DNA of 20,000 nt from Chiloscyllium plagiosum (lineage: Eukaryota), in the NCBI RefSeq assembly GCF_004010195.1, contig NC_057751.1:1643379-1663378 (forward strand), in the 5' to 3' direction. Positions 19,500-20,000 of the stretch are shown here, piece by piece. Numbering within the stretch: position 1 is the stretch's first letter; the number at the start of each line of letters is the position of its first letter. Position numbers and translations under genes: made by a program. Below the pieces are notes generated by a model that was given only the letters and a program-made list of their open reading frames with translations, was not told the DNA's origin and ran no database searches.

Positions 19500-20000
19500 C
19501 TGTGGATGTACCTTTTAGAGAAGGTGCAAAACTTGACCTAATCTTGGGAAATAAGGCAGGGCAGGTGACTGAGGTGTCAGTGGGGGAGCACTTTGGGGCC
19601 AGTGACCATAATTCCATTAGATTTAAAATTATGATGGAAAAGGATAGACCAGACTTAAAAGTTGAAGTTCTAAATTGGAGAAAGGCCAATTTTGACGGTA
19701 TTAGGCAAGAGCCTGTTTCCACACTTTAATAATCTAATCTAATCTAAAAACGTTCGAAAGCTGATTGGGGGCAGATGTTCACAGGTGAAGGGGTGGCTGG
19801 AAAATGGGAAGCCTTCAGAAATGAGATAACAAGAATCCAGAGAAAGTATATTCCTGTCAGGGTGAAAGGAAAGGCTGGTAGGTATAGGGAATGCTGGATG
19901 ACTAAAAAAATTGAGGGTTTGGTTAAGAAAAAGAAGGAAGCATATGTCAGGTACAGACAAGATAGATCGAGTGAATCCTTAGAAGAGTATAAAGAAAGTA
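19500..20000 (+). mobile_element. Relatively young CR1 LINE (end of endonuclease plus linker), running off the right edge
   Basis: REGAKLDLILGN...GASDHNSIRF...WRKANFDGIRQE, resuming SKADWGQMF...KWEAFRNEI...WMTKKIEGLVKKKKEAY with no stops after the insert. Confidence 0.9.
19711..19749 (+). mobile_element. Tiny HE1/HER1 3'-tail insertion
   Basis: GCCTGTTTCCACACT plus (AATCT)n, the same tail as 3493-3549, interrupting the CR1 reading frame. Confidence 0.8.

Overview
Vertebrate genomic DNA, almost certainly from a shark (inferred from HE1-type V-SINEs, CR1/HER1-type LINEs, SacSINE1/Deu-type SINE remnants and Penelope-type repeats recognised from memory, not from a search). The window is the ~17.7 kb interval between two divergently transcribed genes. 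On the minus strand is the first coding exon of exportin-7 (xpo7; MADHVQ, 489-472) in a CpG-island promoter. On the plus strand is the first coding exon of a Dok-family adaptor, most likely dok2 (MEEAIKQGVLHVQLQQKFGK, 18230-18289). This matches the human head-to-head DOK2/XPO7 arrangement. Neither exon appears in the ORF track, whose entries are nearly all LINE fragments or noise. The interval is a mosaic of nested retroelements. The most notable non-genic signal is a set of short Penelope-like terminal-repeat insertions carrying minimal hammerhead-ribozyme motifs; one copy has an intact core (1995-2030, minus). Several form long fold-backs (two have ~80-bp arms), two turn at the ribozyme, and two copies inserted at essentially the same position of a CR1 3' end.
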